A DNA stretch of 64,000 nucleotides, from contig NC_043014.1 in the NCBI RefSeq assembly GCF_006345805.1, positions 40,610,001-40,674,000 on the forward strand, given 5' to 3'. The position numbers and the translations under genes are program-made. The notes beneath the pieces are model-generated. The model was not told the DNA's origin. It searched no databases and worked only from the letters and a program-made list of their open reading frames with translations. The DNA is from Octopus sinensis. Taxonomy: Eukaryota. Shown here piece after piece: positions 38,097-52,850 of the stretch (the stretch's first letter is position 1; the number at the start of each line of letters is the position of its first letter).

Positions 38097-41030
38097 ATAT
38101 ATATGTATATGTATATATATATGAATGAATATATATATATAAGAATCAAACTCACATCTTCAATGCCCACAACAGATGTGCTAAAATCATTAGCTGAGGA
38201 ACTGCAGTGACTCAAGGGCTTAATGGGCCATGCTAAAGCAACTCATCAAACCTTGATAAGTGTATTGCATGGGATCTCTAGGTCCTTCAGTTACATTACA
38301 TACCAGAACTATAAAATCTCTTTTTTGTGTATTTAGTTCTGTTTTGTGGTTTTATGAAACCAAACTATTATATATTCATACACACACACACACGTGTGTG
38401 TGTGGTGTGTGGTGTGTATATATATATATATGAAATCTTGCTAATTTCAGTCATTGGAGCACAGCCCAATTTCAAAGGGTTTAATTAATTATATCGATCC
38501 TAATACTTTGATAATTATTTTACCAAATGTGTAAGGTATCTTGAGCAAGATATCAAGGAATGCAAACTAAGTGGAATGAAATACCACAAATATTCTTTGT
38601 TTAATGCAATAATTCTGTCATGCCTCTCTGTATATATATATATGCATGTACGTATATATATGTATATTTATATGCACATACATAAACACACGTATACATA
38701 CATATATGCACATATAAATATGCATGTATGTAAATAAGTACTGTAATTTACTTGAAGCATTGTTACATATGTAAATGAGATAAGTTTTTGTAAACTCCTC
38801 TGAGCAATGCAGGTGAGCAGTTTAGGCAAATATATTAGGTGGTGTCTAGGAATGAAAACCAAAGAGAGGAAAGATATTTTATTACCTTAAGTAGGTTGTT
38901 TCATGGTCCTATAACATTTCAAGAAAGGATTGCTTTTTTTTCAAATATTGGGAAGAAAATAATGGTGGAATGTGTTGTAAATAGTTGGTCATTCTAGTCT
39001 GTTGTGGAAACACACTAGAATGGCCTGCTTTAAACTTTTTATTTTCCTCCTTCTGTTTGAAAAGGGGGAATTTTTTCCTGAAATATTAAAGTATCGTTAG
39101 GTATCTCAGATAATACAATTTAAATATGTAAGGTAATACAATATCTTTTCTGTTTTTGTTTTCATCCATTGACATCACCTTACATATTTAGGCTTAAATC
39201 CACACCTGCATTGCTCAAAAATTTTTGCTAACACATATCTTATTATATATATATATATATATTATATATATATATATATGAGTTTCAATATAGTTTCTAA
39301 CAAATTTCACCTACAAGGCTTGGGTCAATCAGAGTATATGGAAGACATAACTGAAGAATCCGGGTTTTGAGCCCACTGTGTAGACCAGTTGCTGAACCAA
39401 TCAAATATAGTCATAGAATATCTCCATATCATAAAGTAGCTGAAATACTAGGAGAATGGTCATGTGACTATTTAAGTTGTTGCAGCAAACTATCCTTTCA
39501 AATAGTCAGCAATTATGAGAGGGGAGTCTCAAGTAACAACTATCTTGGGACGATTGCTATTTGTAATAGCTTTTGCAAATATCTCTATTGTCATTAGAAC
39601 AGCCACTCTCATTAGTCATTCTAATGCTAATAAATTATAAAGTCAATTTATTCAGTCCCAATGCTGGCAATGACTTATAGAAAGACCTCAATACCTTATA
39701 CAAGTAAGCTAATGAAAGCAACGCGAAATTCACAGATGAGATGCTTTCTACTCAGAAAAGTGTACAGGCTAAAGGGCAAAATACTTGTGACCCTAGTGAT
39801 CATATAGGGATCATATATAAGCTTGTACTACCTCTGAGTAGCTCCTGCGGTTTCTGTGTGGGGGAAAATCATCTCTGATGTTTATTTCACCCATATGTAG
39901 ATAATATATATTATCAACGGTGACTGTTTAAAAATGTGCTGACACTGGTTTCTCAAACATTATTTTGACTGCATCCAATCAAAGGCCCTTCATTCAATGC
40001 ATATTTAGTGTACTCAATTGCACAAACCTATAAAACTAGCAACATTTCATGTGTATGTATTTGTGTGTAGGCTTTGAGCTGTACTCATTGTGTAAAATTT
40101 GGCAATATTTCATAACACTAGGTTAGAAATGTTGATTTTTTGGTTTGACTTATGAACATTTTTTTTCCACAAGAAATGCTGCTGCTTTATAAAAGAGTGA
40201 CAACTTGAGCTTTTCCCAGAAGCCTCGTCTTTAAATGTTTAAAAGTACATGTAACTTCAAAGTTTATTGTGATTGGCCTGACTAATGCAAACTGGCATAC
40301 CACAAAACATAACTACCAGTATGTTAATTACATGCTGCTTATCTATAGAACACTTCGATGAAACAGTATAAAAAAAACAAAAAACACATACACCATGGGG
40401 CCCCGGATGATTGATTAGTGTTTGTCAACTGTTGCAAATGGCACTGGTAAATGTCGGCTAATTTTACTGTACTGTTATTTTGAGACAGGCTTATAATGCA
40501 TATTTATTATTTCAGTATAACCTTACTAACCAAACCTTCGAAACATAACAGTAAATGCCAGTAGAAAATATAGGTCCATAGGACCTACGTGTGTTTTAAA
40601 AATTTTTTTAATGCTGTTCTCCATCACATTTAGTGACACGCTAAACCAGAGGAGGTCAACGGTTCAGATTTTACATTTGCTGTTTATGATGTACCCTGAT
40701 TTGTTTGATGACATTTTAACATTCAAACTCCATCCTATACATCACACACGTTTATACACATGTATAAATTTACATATGTATACATACATGCACATATATA
40801 TATATTATATACATACACACAACCGTAACTGTATAATACATTTACACATGCAAATGCACACACATATGTTTGTATATATGAATGCTTGTATGTCCAGATT
40901 TGTATGAATGTCATATATATATATATATATATACATATGTATATATATACATACACACATATATATATATATATATACATACACACATATATATATATAC
41001 ATACACATATATATATATATATATACGTAC

Positions 41031-41064
<34 letters not shown>

Positions 41065-41448
41065 ATATATATATATACATACACTGAGAACTCCATACAG
41101 AATGTGTTCCAACTGACATATATAAAAGGGTTCATGTAGCTATGCTCTCAGAAAATCCAAAAACATCCACACCAACCATATACATGCAGCACCAGAAAGC
41201 AAGAGACAGCACTTTCTGCATTGCCTGTTGTAAATAGAGAAAATACTATCCCAGATGCGCAACTCCATAAATAACGACAAATGTTGGAGCAGCTATCTCT
41301 TGTTTTATACAGTATGCAAATGAATGAGGTGGTATGTTTTTTTTTTTCACACTGATCAAGAAACCCTTTTAACAAGGTTATTTGCAAAAGATCTTTCATG
41401 AAATTAGAAAGTTCTCACTGCACACACATACACACACTTGTATACACA

Positions 41449-41497
<49 letters not shown>

Positions 41498-42629
41498 ACA
41501 CGCGTACATGCAAACTTAAGTGTTCAAGTTGACAGGGGCTTTAGAATAATTTTGACCCTTCTCATATTGTTATTCTGAAACTAGCTTTAAAAGAATAACC
41601 TTAATCTATCTATCTATCTATCTATCTACCTATACACACATACATACACATATGTATACATATCCATATATAATTACACATACTGTATATATATATATAA
41701 TGAATTAACCCCGAAATTTGGACCAATACGGTAATAACGGATTGTTTAGAAATTTCTATCGGTTTGTTTCGAGACATAAATTATAATGGTTATTGACAAT
41801 TTTTGTCTTCTTTTAGGCATATTTGGCATTAGAATTTCTCTTTTGCCCTCATTTTGTAAATTATTTATGAATTTAACCTTTAAAGATATTTTTTGATATG
41901 CTGGCCATTGATAAAATTTTTTCTCGAAAAAAAAATTATCCTACATTAGTTATATATATATATATATATACATATATATACATGTGTGTGTGTGTGTGTA
42001 TGTGTGTATGTGAACTATATATACAAACATACAGACACATCATCTTCATCTTTGCTTCCCATGTTGGCATGGACTGAATAATTCAACAATACTCCAATGG
42101 GTTACACCATCCAGACCATGTGAGTGTAGTTTGGATGTGAAATGATGATTATGATATATATATATATATTATATGTTATATTTATATATATATACACACA
42201 CATATATGCATGTATATGTATACATACATATCATACACACACACACACACACATACGTATTCACATTCATATAATTTTAAGACAACTTTGTTTTCGAACT
42301 TAAAGAATATTATCTACTTCTATCTATTGTTCGTATATGTACAGTATGGAATAATTTAAAGAAAAATTGCTGCTATCATTAAATTAATGTTTCATAATAT
42401 GCTTGTTTTGAAACATGAATTAAAACAATTAAAGGATCCCACTTTTGCATACTCTAAAACTAAGCACATTAAGAATTCTGTTGAACCTATATTTAACTTT
42501 GAACCATTTGAACAATCTGCATTTTCATAAATTTCACAATTAAAAACTTTATAATTCTAAATTAAATATGGGATGATTTCATGACAAAATAACATTTATT
42601 GCTGCAAAATTAGATTATGCCTAATTTAA

Positions 42630-42850
42630 CCCTTTAGTGTTTGCATTATTCTGCCGAAATTAATGCTTCTTCATACACATTGTTTTGAAACAATCATGCA
42701 TTATCTTGTATCTATGAGATTTTGATGAGGTAGCTGTTAATTTTTAAAACAATATTGTAGGGTTTGTGTGAGAGACCAGATCTAGCCAGTTTGAACGTAA
42801 AACAGGCAGAATACTTTTGACCGGATATGGCCGGTTTAAATGCTAAAAAG
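42630..42850. mobile_element. Degenerate piggyBac-type MITE (221 bp)
   Basis: TTAA flanks (42626-42629, 42851-42854) and imperfect TIRs ccctttagtgttt / aaatgctaaaaag. Confidence 0.55.
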
Positions 42851-44744
42851 TTAAAGATATATAATGAAAGCATATCTTTAAATATATTTCTACTGTTATT
42901 AGAACCATATCAGTTCCTATTACCTATATGAGAATATCTTATATAGGCATGAAGCCACAGAATTATACATAAGGCTGAATATAAGGCTATAATACTCATG
43001 CTTTAGCAAGGAGTCTAGAAACATAATTTAAACAGGAATGTGGAGTGTTCAGAATGTGAAACCACAGTATGAAAACAAAGGAGCCTTTATTCAGTTACTT
43101 GACCTACTATAATTAGCAGTCAAAACTCCATTAAATCACACCTTATCTTCTTAAATAAACATGTTAGGGCAGAACAGATCTTGTTGCACTAGGATATTCT
43201 GAACGACTACAAGACAGCTTGATGAATGCTGACTTGGAACTCAGCAACCACAGCCTACAGTTTTTAAGCTGACAGTGTAGGTTTGGTTATGTCTATCTTG
43301 TATATCATTGTGATCAAGCAAAACATTTTTATTGTTCCTATTATCTGACATAAACTTTTCCATGTCATAAAACATTATTTCTTAGTGCCTCATTACACTA
43401 CTCAGCTGCACCCATAAACATATCTTCATGGGAAGATACCAAGGATATCCATTTACTAATATAGTCAACCAAGTTTCTCAATATACAAAGTGGGTGATTT
43501 GATTGTCTATGTATATATATAAGGTGACTTCTCATTTGATTTGTGGTATAGTCTGAAAGTATCATATAGATAATTATGTGTATCTGGACATCTTAATTTT
43601 AATTGAGCAATTATTTTCAGAGCTGATCACTTAAATCAAGTGAATTTCAATACCATGCCCAGGGATTCAAGACATTAGCTGAAATAAGATTTAAACTAAA
43701 ATCCATTGGCCAACTGCCCAATATCATAACCTTATAGCGAATGTGCTTTATCTCTCTCATACACACATATGTAAAATCACATACACACACATATAACACT
43801 AAACTTTGCTTATTAATTTTTACTAATTTCGTAAATCCTTTCTTATTTAAAATCCAATTTCTATATTCTGCTCAAATTATATAGACATAGATATTAATCT
43901 ATCATATCAGATTTTTTCCCCTTCGCTTATCAGAATAATCATTATATTTTCTTCAGTATTTCCTACTTATATTCCTAAATATGCACCAGAAATCAACTTT
44001 ATTAAAAAGCATGTCAAAATAAAAACAAAAGTCTTTTGTTATATCTATAGGTAAAGAAAGCCAAATATTAAATGATTGTGCAGTTGGACACAGTGCTGTT
44101 AAAGAAATATGCCTACCTATACAGCTGATACAGTTAGTTCTTGTGGGAAATTTATCAGATCTTTTCATTTCTATAGATTGTATTTCTCTTTTGTTTTATA
44201 TGAGCAAAATTTAATGTTCACAGATAATTTTGTTAAAATGGGATTATGTATATCATGTTAAAACAAAATTATAGAAAATGATTAAAAATGAGTAATTGTG
44301 ATTAAGATTATTGACGAACAAAAACAGCAATAACAGATAAAAACAAATTCTTTTTAGAAGCATCCACTGTCAGATAACAGAGGCAGAATCTTTCATACAA
44401 TGGTTTGTTTTAAATGCAGTTTGAGACCATTTGTCAGGTTATGGGTTTACTGAATTGTTTTAGGATACATAAAATAATATTTCACATAAAAGATATTTTA
44501 ACCAGTTAACAAAGTTAAGGAAAAAGTACATAACTATACACATAATTAAGGCAGAGAATTCATTTTCTTTCTTTCTTTCTTTCTTTTTTTTTGCTAATAA
44601 GAACTATCAATACTTGAAACTATGTTCTCATGTTTGTGTGTGTGTGTGTGTATGTGTGTGTGTGTTGTATGTGTATACATACACACACACACATACATGT
44701 ATACATGTACTTACATACAAACACATTCATAACAATGGTGTGAC

Positions 44745-44791
<47 letters not shown>

Positions 44792-45016
44792 GCATATAAA
44801 CAAACATACATTTCATGTTTCTTTATATGCATGTGCACACACACACAAGCAATATAAGCAATACTTACAAACATATACATAAAAGCAGTACAAACATATA
44901 TGTGTGTATGTATGTATATATATATACACACATACAAACGCACACACATATATATAAAAGCAATACATACAAATTTTACAGAATATGTATACACACAAGC
45001 AATACATACTAATATA

Positions 45017-45056
<40 letters not shown>

Positions 45057-45299
45057 CAAACAATACATACATATAATACATATACACATATATACATACA
45101 TATAAACATATACATACATATATATACATATATATATATAAATATATATATACATATATATATATACATATATGTATATATATACATATAAATATACATA
45201 CATATATATATATACATGTATATCTGTATCAATTTTATGAATGAGCATCAAGCTATTTCTTTCAATTTATTTCATCAAAACCATTTTGAATATGGAAAT

Positions 45300-48200
45300 A
45301 TTTAGACTCAGTTAGTAAAACAAAATGAAAAAAAAAAAAATCCTCTCCGAAAAAATTAAAACAATTCATTCAACATAAAAATATCTTAAAAAGTAGCCAC
45401 TTATTCTTTGAAATGATTTGCTTAAAATAAAATAACTTGAATGGTGTTGCATAAAAATGTATATTTAAACATTTCAGTATTGCATTATTAAAATGATTAT
45501 TCTAAAATACATTATTTAAAATTTGATGACATTAGAACTTTATACTGTTGTATCTTATTTCCTGTTTTGCAAATATTTCTGAAAGATTTCAATGTACTAA
45601 TCCAAAAAAATTACTTAACTATGTAATTACTTCCCTTTATATTTAATTAGCTTTCATTTAAGGCCTTGCTAGGGAATTCTTAAATTAAATATCACAGACT
45701 GTATGTCTACTGATCCATGTTAAAATTACTAGAACTTAATTATTTTTTTTATAACTAAGAACAAACGATTTTACTGTTCTTTGCCTAAATCTTAAAATTT
45801 GAAACTGAAGCTACATCAACCTTTCATAGTGACTAAGGGGTACAAATTTTAGTATCATTGGTATATATATTGTTCTAAAAGAAAAAGAATTTGATATTTC
45901 AAGAAGCAAGATCCAATATTTATACAATGAGGAACCCTGTGCTAAACATTACACATTTCTTCTCATAGCTCACCAAAACATATGATTATTTTTTTTAACT
46001 GAACTGATTCATGCTGGTGCCATGTGGTAATTTTTAATTGTTTCTTCAAATTTCTAGAGGGAACAAATTATTTCTAAGGGATATCATAATGGCTGTAAAA
46101 GGGTTTGAACTCAAGACACTGAATCCAGTAGTTCAGCACAGTACCTTAGTATGTTACAGCCAGCCACTGTGCTTTATTTAGTATTATGCATAAAGTGATA
46201 TTTATTTTCACTATTTGCATTTCAAAAATGATTTGGTAGAAACAATTTAAATGTTGACTAATGAGTACTGTATATATTTTACCAAAAACCACATCATTTC
46301 ATATTCTCTATACGGAATGCAGAGAATGAAGCATTAATATATTTATGGAAATGATTTCTAGAATTATTTATATATTTTGGAATAAGAGATTTTCTTCAGA
46401 AATGATGAGGTTTTAATCATTTGATATTCCTATCTTTGAATTTCACTTTTTTTTTTTCATTACAATTTTTCATTTTCTAATGAAATTTTTAACTGGAACT
46501 ATATTTCTAGCTAGTCCACAACAACAATATAACAATGACAATATATATATATTATGCACTATAATGATTTTTATCTATTCTATTGATACTATTTACAAGA
46601 TTTGTAAACTTTTCAAATTCACAAGAATTTTATTAAAATTTGTCTGGCCTGATAACTTAGTGTCTTTCATGCCAACTGCAAACGTCTTGATCTATTTTAT
46701 TTTTATCAGTATTTTTCATAAATTTTCTCAGTATTTTCACAACCACATTGACAACACTTAAACAATCACAATATGCTTTGATATCAATAAATCCAGTATT
46801 ATACAATGCCATTCTGAAACTTTATCGGGGGATCAAAAATATTTCTGTGTAATTAGATTGTTTTGTTCATTAGTATTCATAAAACCAGAATTCTTTTCTA
46901 GTTTATATGTTTTTGTATCAATCTAACTATATAACAATGGTAGTAGTGTGGGTGTTGGAGGAAGGGGTGGGTGGGCTGAGAAAGAGAATGTCTATACATC
47001 ACAAAGAGGAAGATCCCTCTCAATGTATTACTGTTACAATGTTGATGGCAGGATATCATAACAACATTGTTAAAAATAATGAAAGTCAAAATTCTAACGT
47101 CTAAAGCCACAGAGTAATCCAGAATATCTATTCTTCTACAATTACTAATTTTTATTTATAGTAGTGTATATACATGTATACTGTGTGTGAATAAATTTAA
47201 TATTTTGTTTTTACTAATCAGGTTTACATTAACTGAACAACAAACACTTTATCATTTCGATACTTAAAATATATTACAGATAATAAAGTTGTTTTTTAAT
47301 TTTTCTCATGGAAAACTAAGGAATATACTGACTAATATTAAACATAAACACTTTCTGTATAATTTGATTTTTCACTTAAAATAAACATTTAAAGGTAAAG
47401 AAACAAACGGGAATTTTTCTACTGAAATTACTTTAGCATTAAAAATGTTTATCCAGGAACATTTGTATATATATATATGCATTGATTTTATCATTTATAT
47501 ATATAGGAAACAACATGAAATATTAAGTCATTTGGATGGTAATGATATTTACATAGGAAAATAATAATTGGTAATGATATGTCTTTTGTACATATTTGCT
47601 GCTTGGGCGCTTAAAGCGAAAAAGATCAATATATATATGTATATATATTGAAATCCTTGTGAGATATTTTGAGAATAGTAATGTTACTTGATTGTAAAGA
47701 GGGAGTTCTAAAATGCCCCATAACAAAGACATTTAGAAAGTAATTGTATTGGATCTCTCTATAATACTGTTACTACTATAAAGTATCACTAGTACTTTAA
47801 CACAATTATTTTATTTCTCGGTTTATAATGATATATTAATATTTCGTATGTAATGTAAATATGGATAATTAAGTAGAAATTAAAATGCTTCTTTATGCCT
47901 AAGAAAATCATTCTTTATTAATGATACTTATAATTACTTAAATTGCATCTTTCACGAGTAATTTTATTTGCTACTTAAATTGATCTATTCCACCAGGATC
48001 ATATAATTATTATTCCCACCAACAAATTAGGTACCTGTAACATAATCAGCTATAATCCTCCACTAAAAAAAAATAATAGGTCAATAGGCCTTTTGTTAAT
48101 ATAAGAAATCATTAGGCATGCAACTTGCCTAATCATTAATTCTATTTACCACAGGGAAGTTTTTGCTTATAAAGGTCCTCCATAGATTATTGATAAGGCC

Positions 48201-50287
48201 ACTATATCCTATATCTAATTATATTTTCAGTAAATATTGCAAAACCATAACCATATTGAAAAATAAATATAATTAAAGATAAGTTCCCTTTTCAAAATCT
48301 TTCAACTTAGAATACAGAAAATCTTGTCGAAATATTTTGGTTGGCAGTATAATATGTCATGAAATTCTTTTAAATTATTAACTTTAAAATACTGGTAGTT
48401 TTTTATCAACATTATCAAAGTTTTCCTAATTTAGAATTGGTGAACTTATTTTGAATGTAATTGTGGGTCGACAGAAACGTCCAAAGAAAGGTTTGCTATA
48501 TGATAATGCTGTAGTTTTTATGGTTGGTATCATTTGATAATGGTTTGGATAACTACTTGGTAATAAATGAGAAAAAGAGATCAGCAGAAAAATAAGCAAT
48601 CAAAATGGCCACAAAATCTTTTCAGCAATTTATCAAACAATTTCTTATATATTAACAATTATTTTTTTCTCTCCAATGCTCTAAAGCTAATAGATAATTT
48701 AAATTATCAATTAAAAGTTATAGTAAATTTAGTAGGTAGAATAATATTTTCTTCTCCTATCAAGAATACCGTAGCTAATTTTTTGGGTTGTGAAATAAAT
48801 GACAAAGAAATAGCCTCACAAACAGTTTCAATACAAAATAAAAACAACAGCATTTTAAATATTTATCACTGGTTCAATATTTTCATAAACAATTTTGTGG
48901 ATTTGGTTAACGAAAGGGTGAAAGATAAAATCGAGAAATGGTCCAAAATTGACAATGTTGAAACACTAATTTGAATATTTAATGTCCGTAAAATCACTTT
49001 ATTAGTTTTAATTGTAATTCATAACAAGGATTTTGCTATCTTCCCTGATATTAAATAACAATTGATTGAATAAGCATTTCAAGTAGTTGTTTTTTATAAA
49101 TTGACCCAAATAGTAAAATCTTGCATCAAATAATTTTAAGAAGAGATATTTCAAATATAAAATGTCTTTTGAAATTACTATATGTTTATTTTAGGTTGGA
49201 TTAAATTGGTTCAAAAATAGTAGACCAATTGTTGACTTCAGGTGTTTATAAAGCAACAAAATAAAAACTGAATAAACACAAGTAATTAATAGTTAATTAG
49301 ATTTATATAAGTAGGGTAAAGAATATCTGTGTCTAATCTTTGCAATTTTGATCAATATCTTTCAAAATCATAATTATATTATTCTAAATATGGCTAATTT
49401 CAGGCCATTAAAGAAATTTTAATTGCTAATACTATTGATGTGTATATTGATGTTTACAGACTGATTAAATCTGGGTGGGTGTGAGGAAACAAGGATAAAT
49501 TATTATAACTTAATATCTTTTTTTTTTATCAGTGATAAGGTCTGATCAAAAGATAGATATAAGCCTTAAATTTTAATATTATCCATTGCACATGGAAATT
49601 GTAAATAGAAAAGATTTCTTAGTATAAACATTTTATGAAAGTAACTGAAAAGCTCTGTTCAAAACTTATATCTCTTTACAGCACACAATCAAACTGCCCT
49701 ATTTTATAAATTATATTAATTTATTTTTACCAACTAGTGCAGCACAACACTAGTTTCTTTGGATTCTAATTTTTATTTATTCCATAATTACTTTCTAGTC
49801 TATTTATATAACATATAGCATTTCAGAAGTAGAGATATCTGTTTTATAAATTATTTTGATTTAAAAAAAAAATGAAATGATTCATTCAATATATTTCAAT
49901 GATGTAAAAACCAATGAATATCTTGAAGGAACCTTTAAATAACTCTACATTTCTAAAACTTATTAATAAGCAAATCTAATAAAACAATCACTTTCAAGTT
50001 CCAACTACTTGTATTTAATTTGAACTTAGCTGTAATAAAATTACTTAGGTTATAACTATGTGATCTTAATGAGAGAAAGTAAAAAAAAAAAACAATGTAA
50101 TTTGAGATTAAATTGTCTTTGTATGTTACTTACAGAATGAAATAAGCTATATTCATCAATTTTGAACCAAATATCTTAATTTTTATTCTTTCTTCTTTTT
50201 TCTTTTTATTAAAGTTGCATTAAATTATTGTTTAAAAAATAATTCAGAACCAGAATTGCCTTTGGCAGAAATTTTCTGGTATCTTTT
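45300..50287 (-). other. Putative long 3' UTR / repeat-depleted region downstream of the terminal exon
   Basis: Lies immediately 3' of the stop codon. No SINE copy recognised and only short TA runs, unlike the rest of the window. AATAAA on the minus strand at ~50205-50210 and further downstream. Extent is a guess. Confidence 0.35.
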
Positions 50288-51102
50288 TCATTCTCGTAAA
50301 GCCATTTCTCGTTCTAATTTCTTTATCTTAAGTTGATGATATCGTTTCTGTGCTTCCACTCTTTGAGAGTCTACACCATAGTAAGCCAGTTGAGCCTCTA
50401 TTCGTTTTTTCTCCATTTTATATAAATTAGTCTCGGCTTCAATTCTATGTTTATCTGCAACCAAAGTATCAAGTTCTAGTTTAGTAACTTCATCCGTTGA
50501 TTGTGATTTTCTTTTCCTTCCCGCTGCAACTGTAAGCCGATTCATTAGAGGAGTTTCTTCCAATAGTCGTCGAGAGGGTTCTATGATGTCTGGGATATCT
50601 CTGTCTGTTTGCATTCCAATTTCATGAGTCCGGAAATAGTATTCACCGACACCAAAAGTACGCGTTCTAAGGCTTGGACCAACAGACACTTCGTGTGTTA
50701 TTACAGCTGGTTTCATATATTCATAAAATCTGACAGGTGATGTTGCAGTGTTGCGTTTGTGACATACTGATTTAGAACTCATTTCCATTTTTCTAATCGT
50801 TTGGGCAACAGGTGGCCGTTCAGGTAATTTGAAATCAGCTGCCACGGCAATGTCATGCGTTAGTAACTTGGCAGTGATGGAAATATCTTTGGTTCTCACG
50901 CTTGCTGTCATAGTTGAAGCATCCTGAGTAATTGGCTTTGTAACACTTGGTGTGCGTGGAACTGTTCCCACATCTCGGAATCTGGTTGGCTCAACATATT
51001 CTGGCTTGGTTTCAATTGTTTGAGTTGCAGCATCTTGAAGAATTGGGGCGATTGTTTGTGTACTATCTTCAGTGAGGGGTCCAAGACCATATTTAACATT
51101 AT
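50288..51102 (-). CDS. Terminal coding exon (~271 aa) of a spliced gene: TQT/VGV-like motif-rich low-complexity region, RKRK basic patch, C-terminal coiled coil
   Basis: Longest non-microsatellite ORF (50288-51160), with higher GC than its flanks. A polypyrimidine tract and acceptor (minus strand gtttgttttatttttcag|AT) put the exon start at 51102 (phase 1, G|AT Asp). TGA stop at 50288-50290. The ORF's first 19 codons are intronic. Upstream exons not identified. Confidence 0.85.
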
Positions 51103-51370
51103 CTGAAAAATAAAACAAACAAAAAAAATTAGATATAAATTTTAAAGTATCAATTTGCACTAATAAAAACTAGAAGGGATTTCAAGATGTCTCAGTTAGA
51201 TAATACATTGCAAATGGTCCTTTACATGACAAAAATATTTATTATATAAACCATATTAGATTTGTAAATGCCTTTGTATTATCAAGCAAGAAAATATTTC
51301 AGCTCCCCAAAACTAGTACTTTTCTCTAAAGCTTAGCTGAACTTGACAATAGAGTTCTGCTCTCACATCT

Positions 51371-51601
51371 TATTTCTTTACTGCCCACAAGGGGCTAAAG
51401 ACAGAGGGGACAAACAAGGACAGACAAACGGATTAAGTCAATTATATCAACCACAGTGCATAACTGGTACTTATTTAATCGACCCCAAAGGATGAAAGGC
51501 AAAGTCGACCTTGGCGAAATTTGAACTCAGAACGTAGCGGCAGACGAAATACCACTAAGCATTTTGCCCGGCATGCTAACGTTTCTGCCAGCTTGCCGCC
51601 T
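51371..51601 (-). mobile_element. SINE family D in the last intron of the minus-strand gene
   Basis: TSD ttctgctctca(c/t)atct at 51355-51370 and 51602-51617. Confidence 0.85.
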
Positions 51602-52289
51602 TTCTGCTCTCATATCTAACATGGTACAGATACTACTCACATAGTTATCATAGACCACATCCAAAGGAAGGCCAATTGAGTGATTCTCATTAAGTTGCTT
51701 ACCAATACACTCTGACCTTTGGTTGCATTATACATTTCATCTATATACTCTATTTTCGTGCTGGGGTATATCTGTTGAGGTTGATGACTGAGATCCTCAG
51801 GCAAGATCATTGTCACACTTGAGCTAAAGCTAAGTGCATTGAATGGTTCACAGTATTTTAACCATGTGGTGAAAAGAACACTAAGACTACAGAAACTTTA
51901 GACTGTGTTGCAACTCAAATTTAAAACATATCTCTCTATAAGTGGTGCAAACTTCAGAATTGATGATTTGAAATGATGGTGACTTGAAATGAATTCAAAA
52001 CTGATGGTAACTTGAAATTAATTTAAAACTTGCACTTTTTATGGTGAAAAACTAAAGAAAGAAGCGTTTATGCTGATTGACAATATAGTCTCTTCTAATG
52101 GCATAATCAAAACTTATGTGAAACTGGCTTTCACCAAAAGCACTTTATTTTCATTGGCTCCATTAATTGTTGTTCCATTTATAGTAAAATGAAAGCTGAT
52201 GGTACAACAATGTTTTTTTCAAAGGGGTCATATTAGCACAAGTTGAAATATGCAGGCTATAAGATTTGTGGACTTTGAATTTTGTGCTT

Positions 52290-52850
52290 TCATCATCATC
52301 ATTATCGTTTAACGTCCACTTTCCATACTAGCATGGGTTGGACGATTTGACTGAGGTCTGGCAAACCAGATGGCTGCACCAGACTCCAGTCTGATCTGGC
52401 AGTGTTTCTACAGCTGGATGCCCTTCCTAACGGCAACCACTCCAAGAGTGTAGTGGGTGCTTTTACGTGCCACAAGCACGGGGGCCAGTCAGGCAGTACT
52501 GGCAACGGCCACGCTCAAATGGTGCTTTTTATGCGCCACCTGCACAGGAGCCAGTCCAGCACCACTGGCAGCGACCTTGCTCAAATGTCTTTTCATGTGC
52601 CACCAGCACAAGTGCCAGTAAAGGGACGCAGGTAATGATCACGCTCGAATGATGCTTTTTACATGGCCACTGGCACGGAGGCCAGTTTGTTGCTCTGGCA
52701 GCGATCATGCTCGGATGGTACTCTTAGCGCTCCAGTAGCACGGATGCCAGTCATCGAATTTGATTTCGATTTCACTTGCCTCAACAGGTCTTCGCAAGCA
52801 GAGTTTAGTGTCCAATGAAGGAAAGGTATGCATAAGTGGGCTGGCTTTCT
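52290..52850 (-). mobile_element. Family C, longest copy in the window
   Basis: Collinear with 13200-13700 and extends further. Other copies: ~6150-6620(+, split by family D), 6900-7110(+), 14695-15010(-), 19310-19650(-), 53620-53810(+), 55300-55640(+), 58240-58425(+), 59700-59960(+), 61200-61460(+). Confidence 0.85.

Noticed and set aside
48567-48974. 135-aa plus-strand ORF
   Set aside because: Very AT-rich N/I/K/F-biased composition, no recognisable domain and no splice support.
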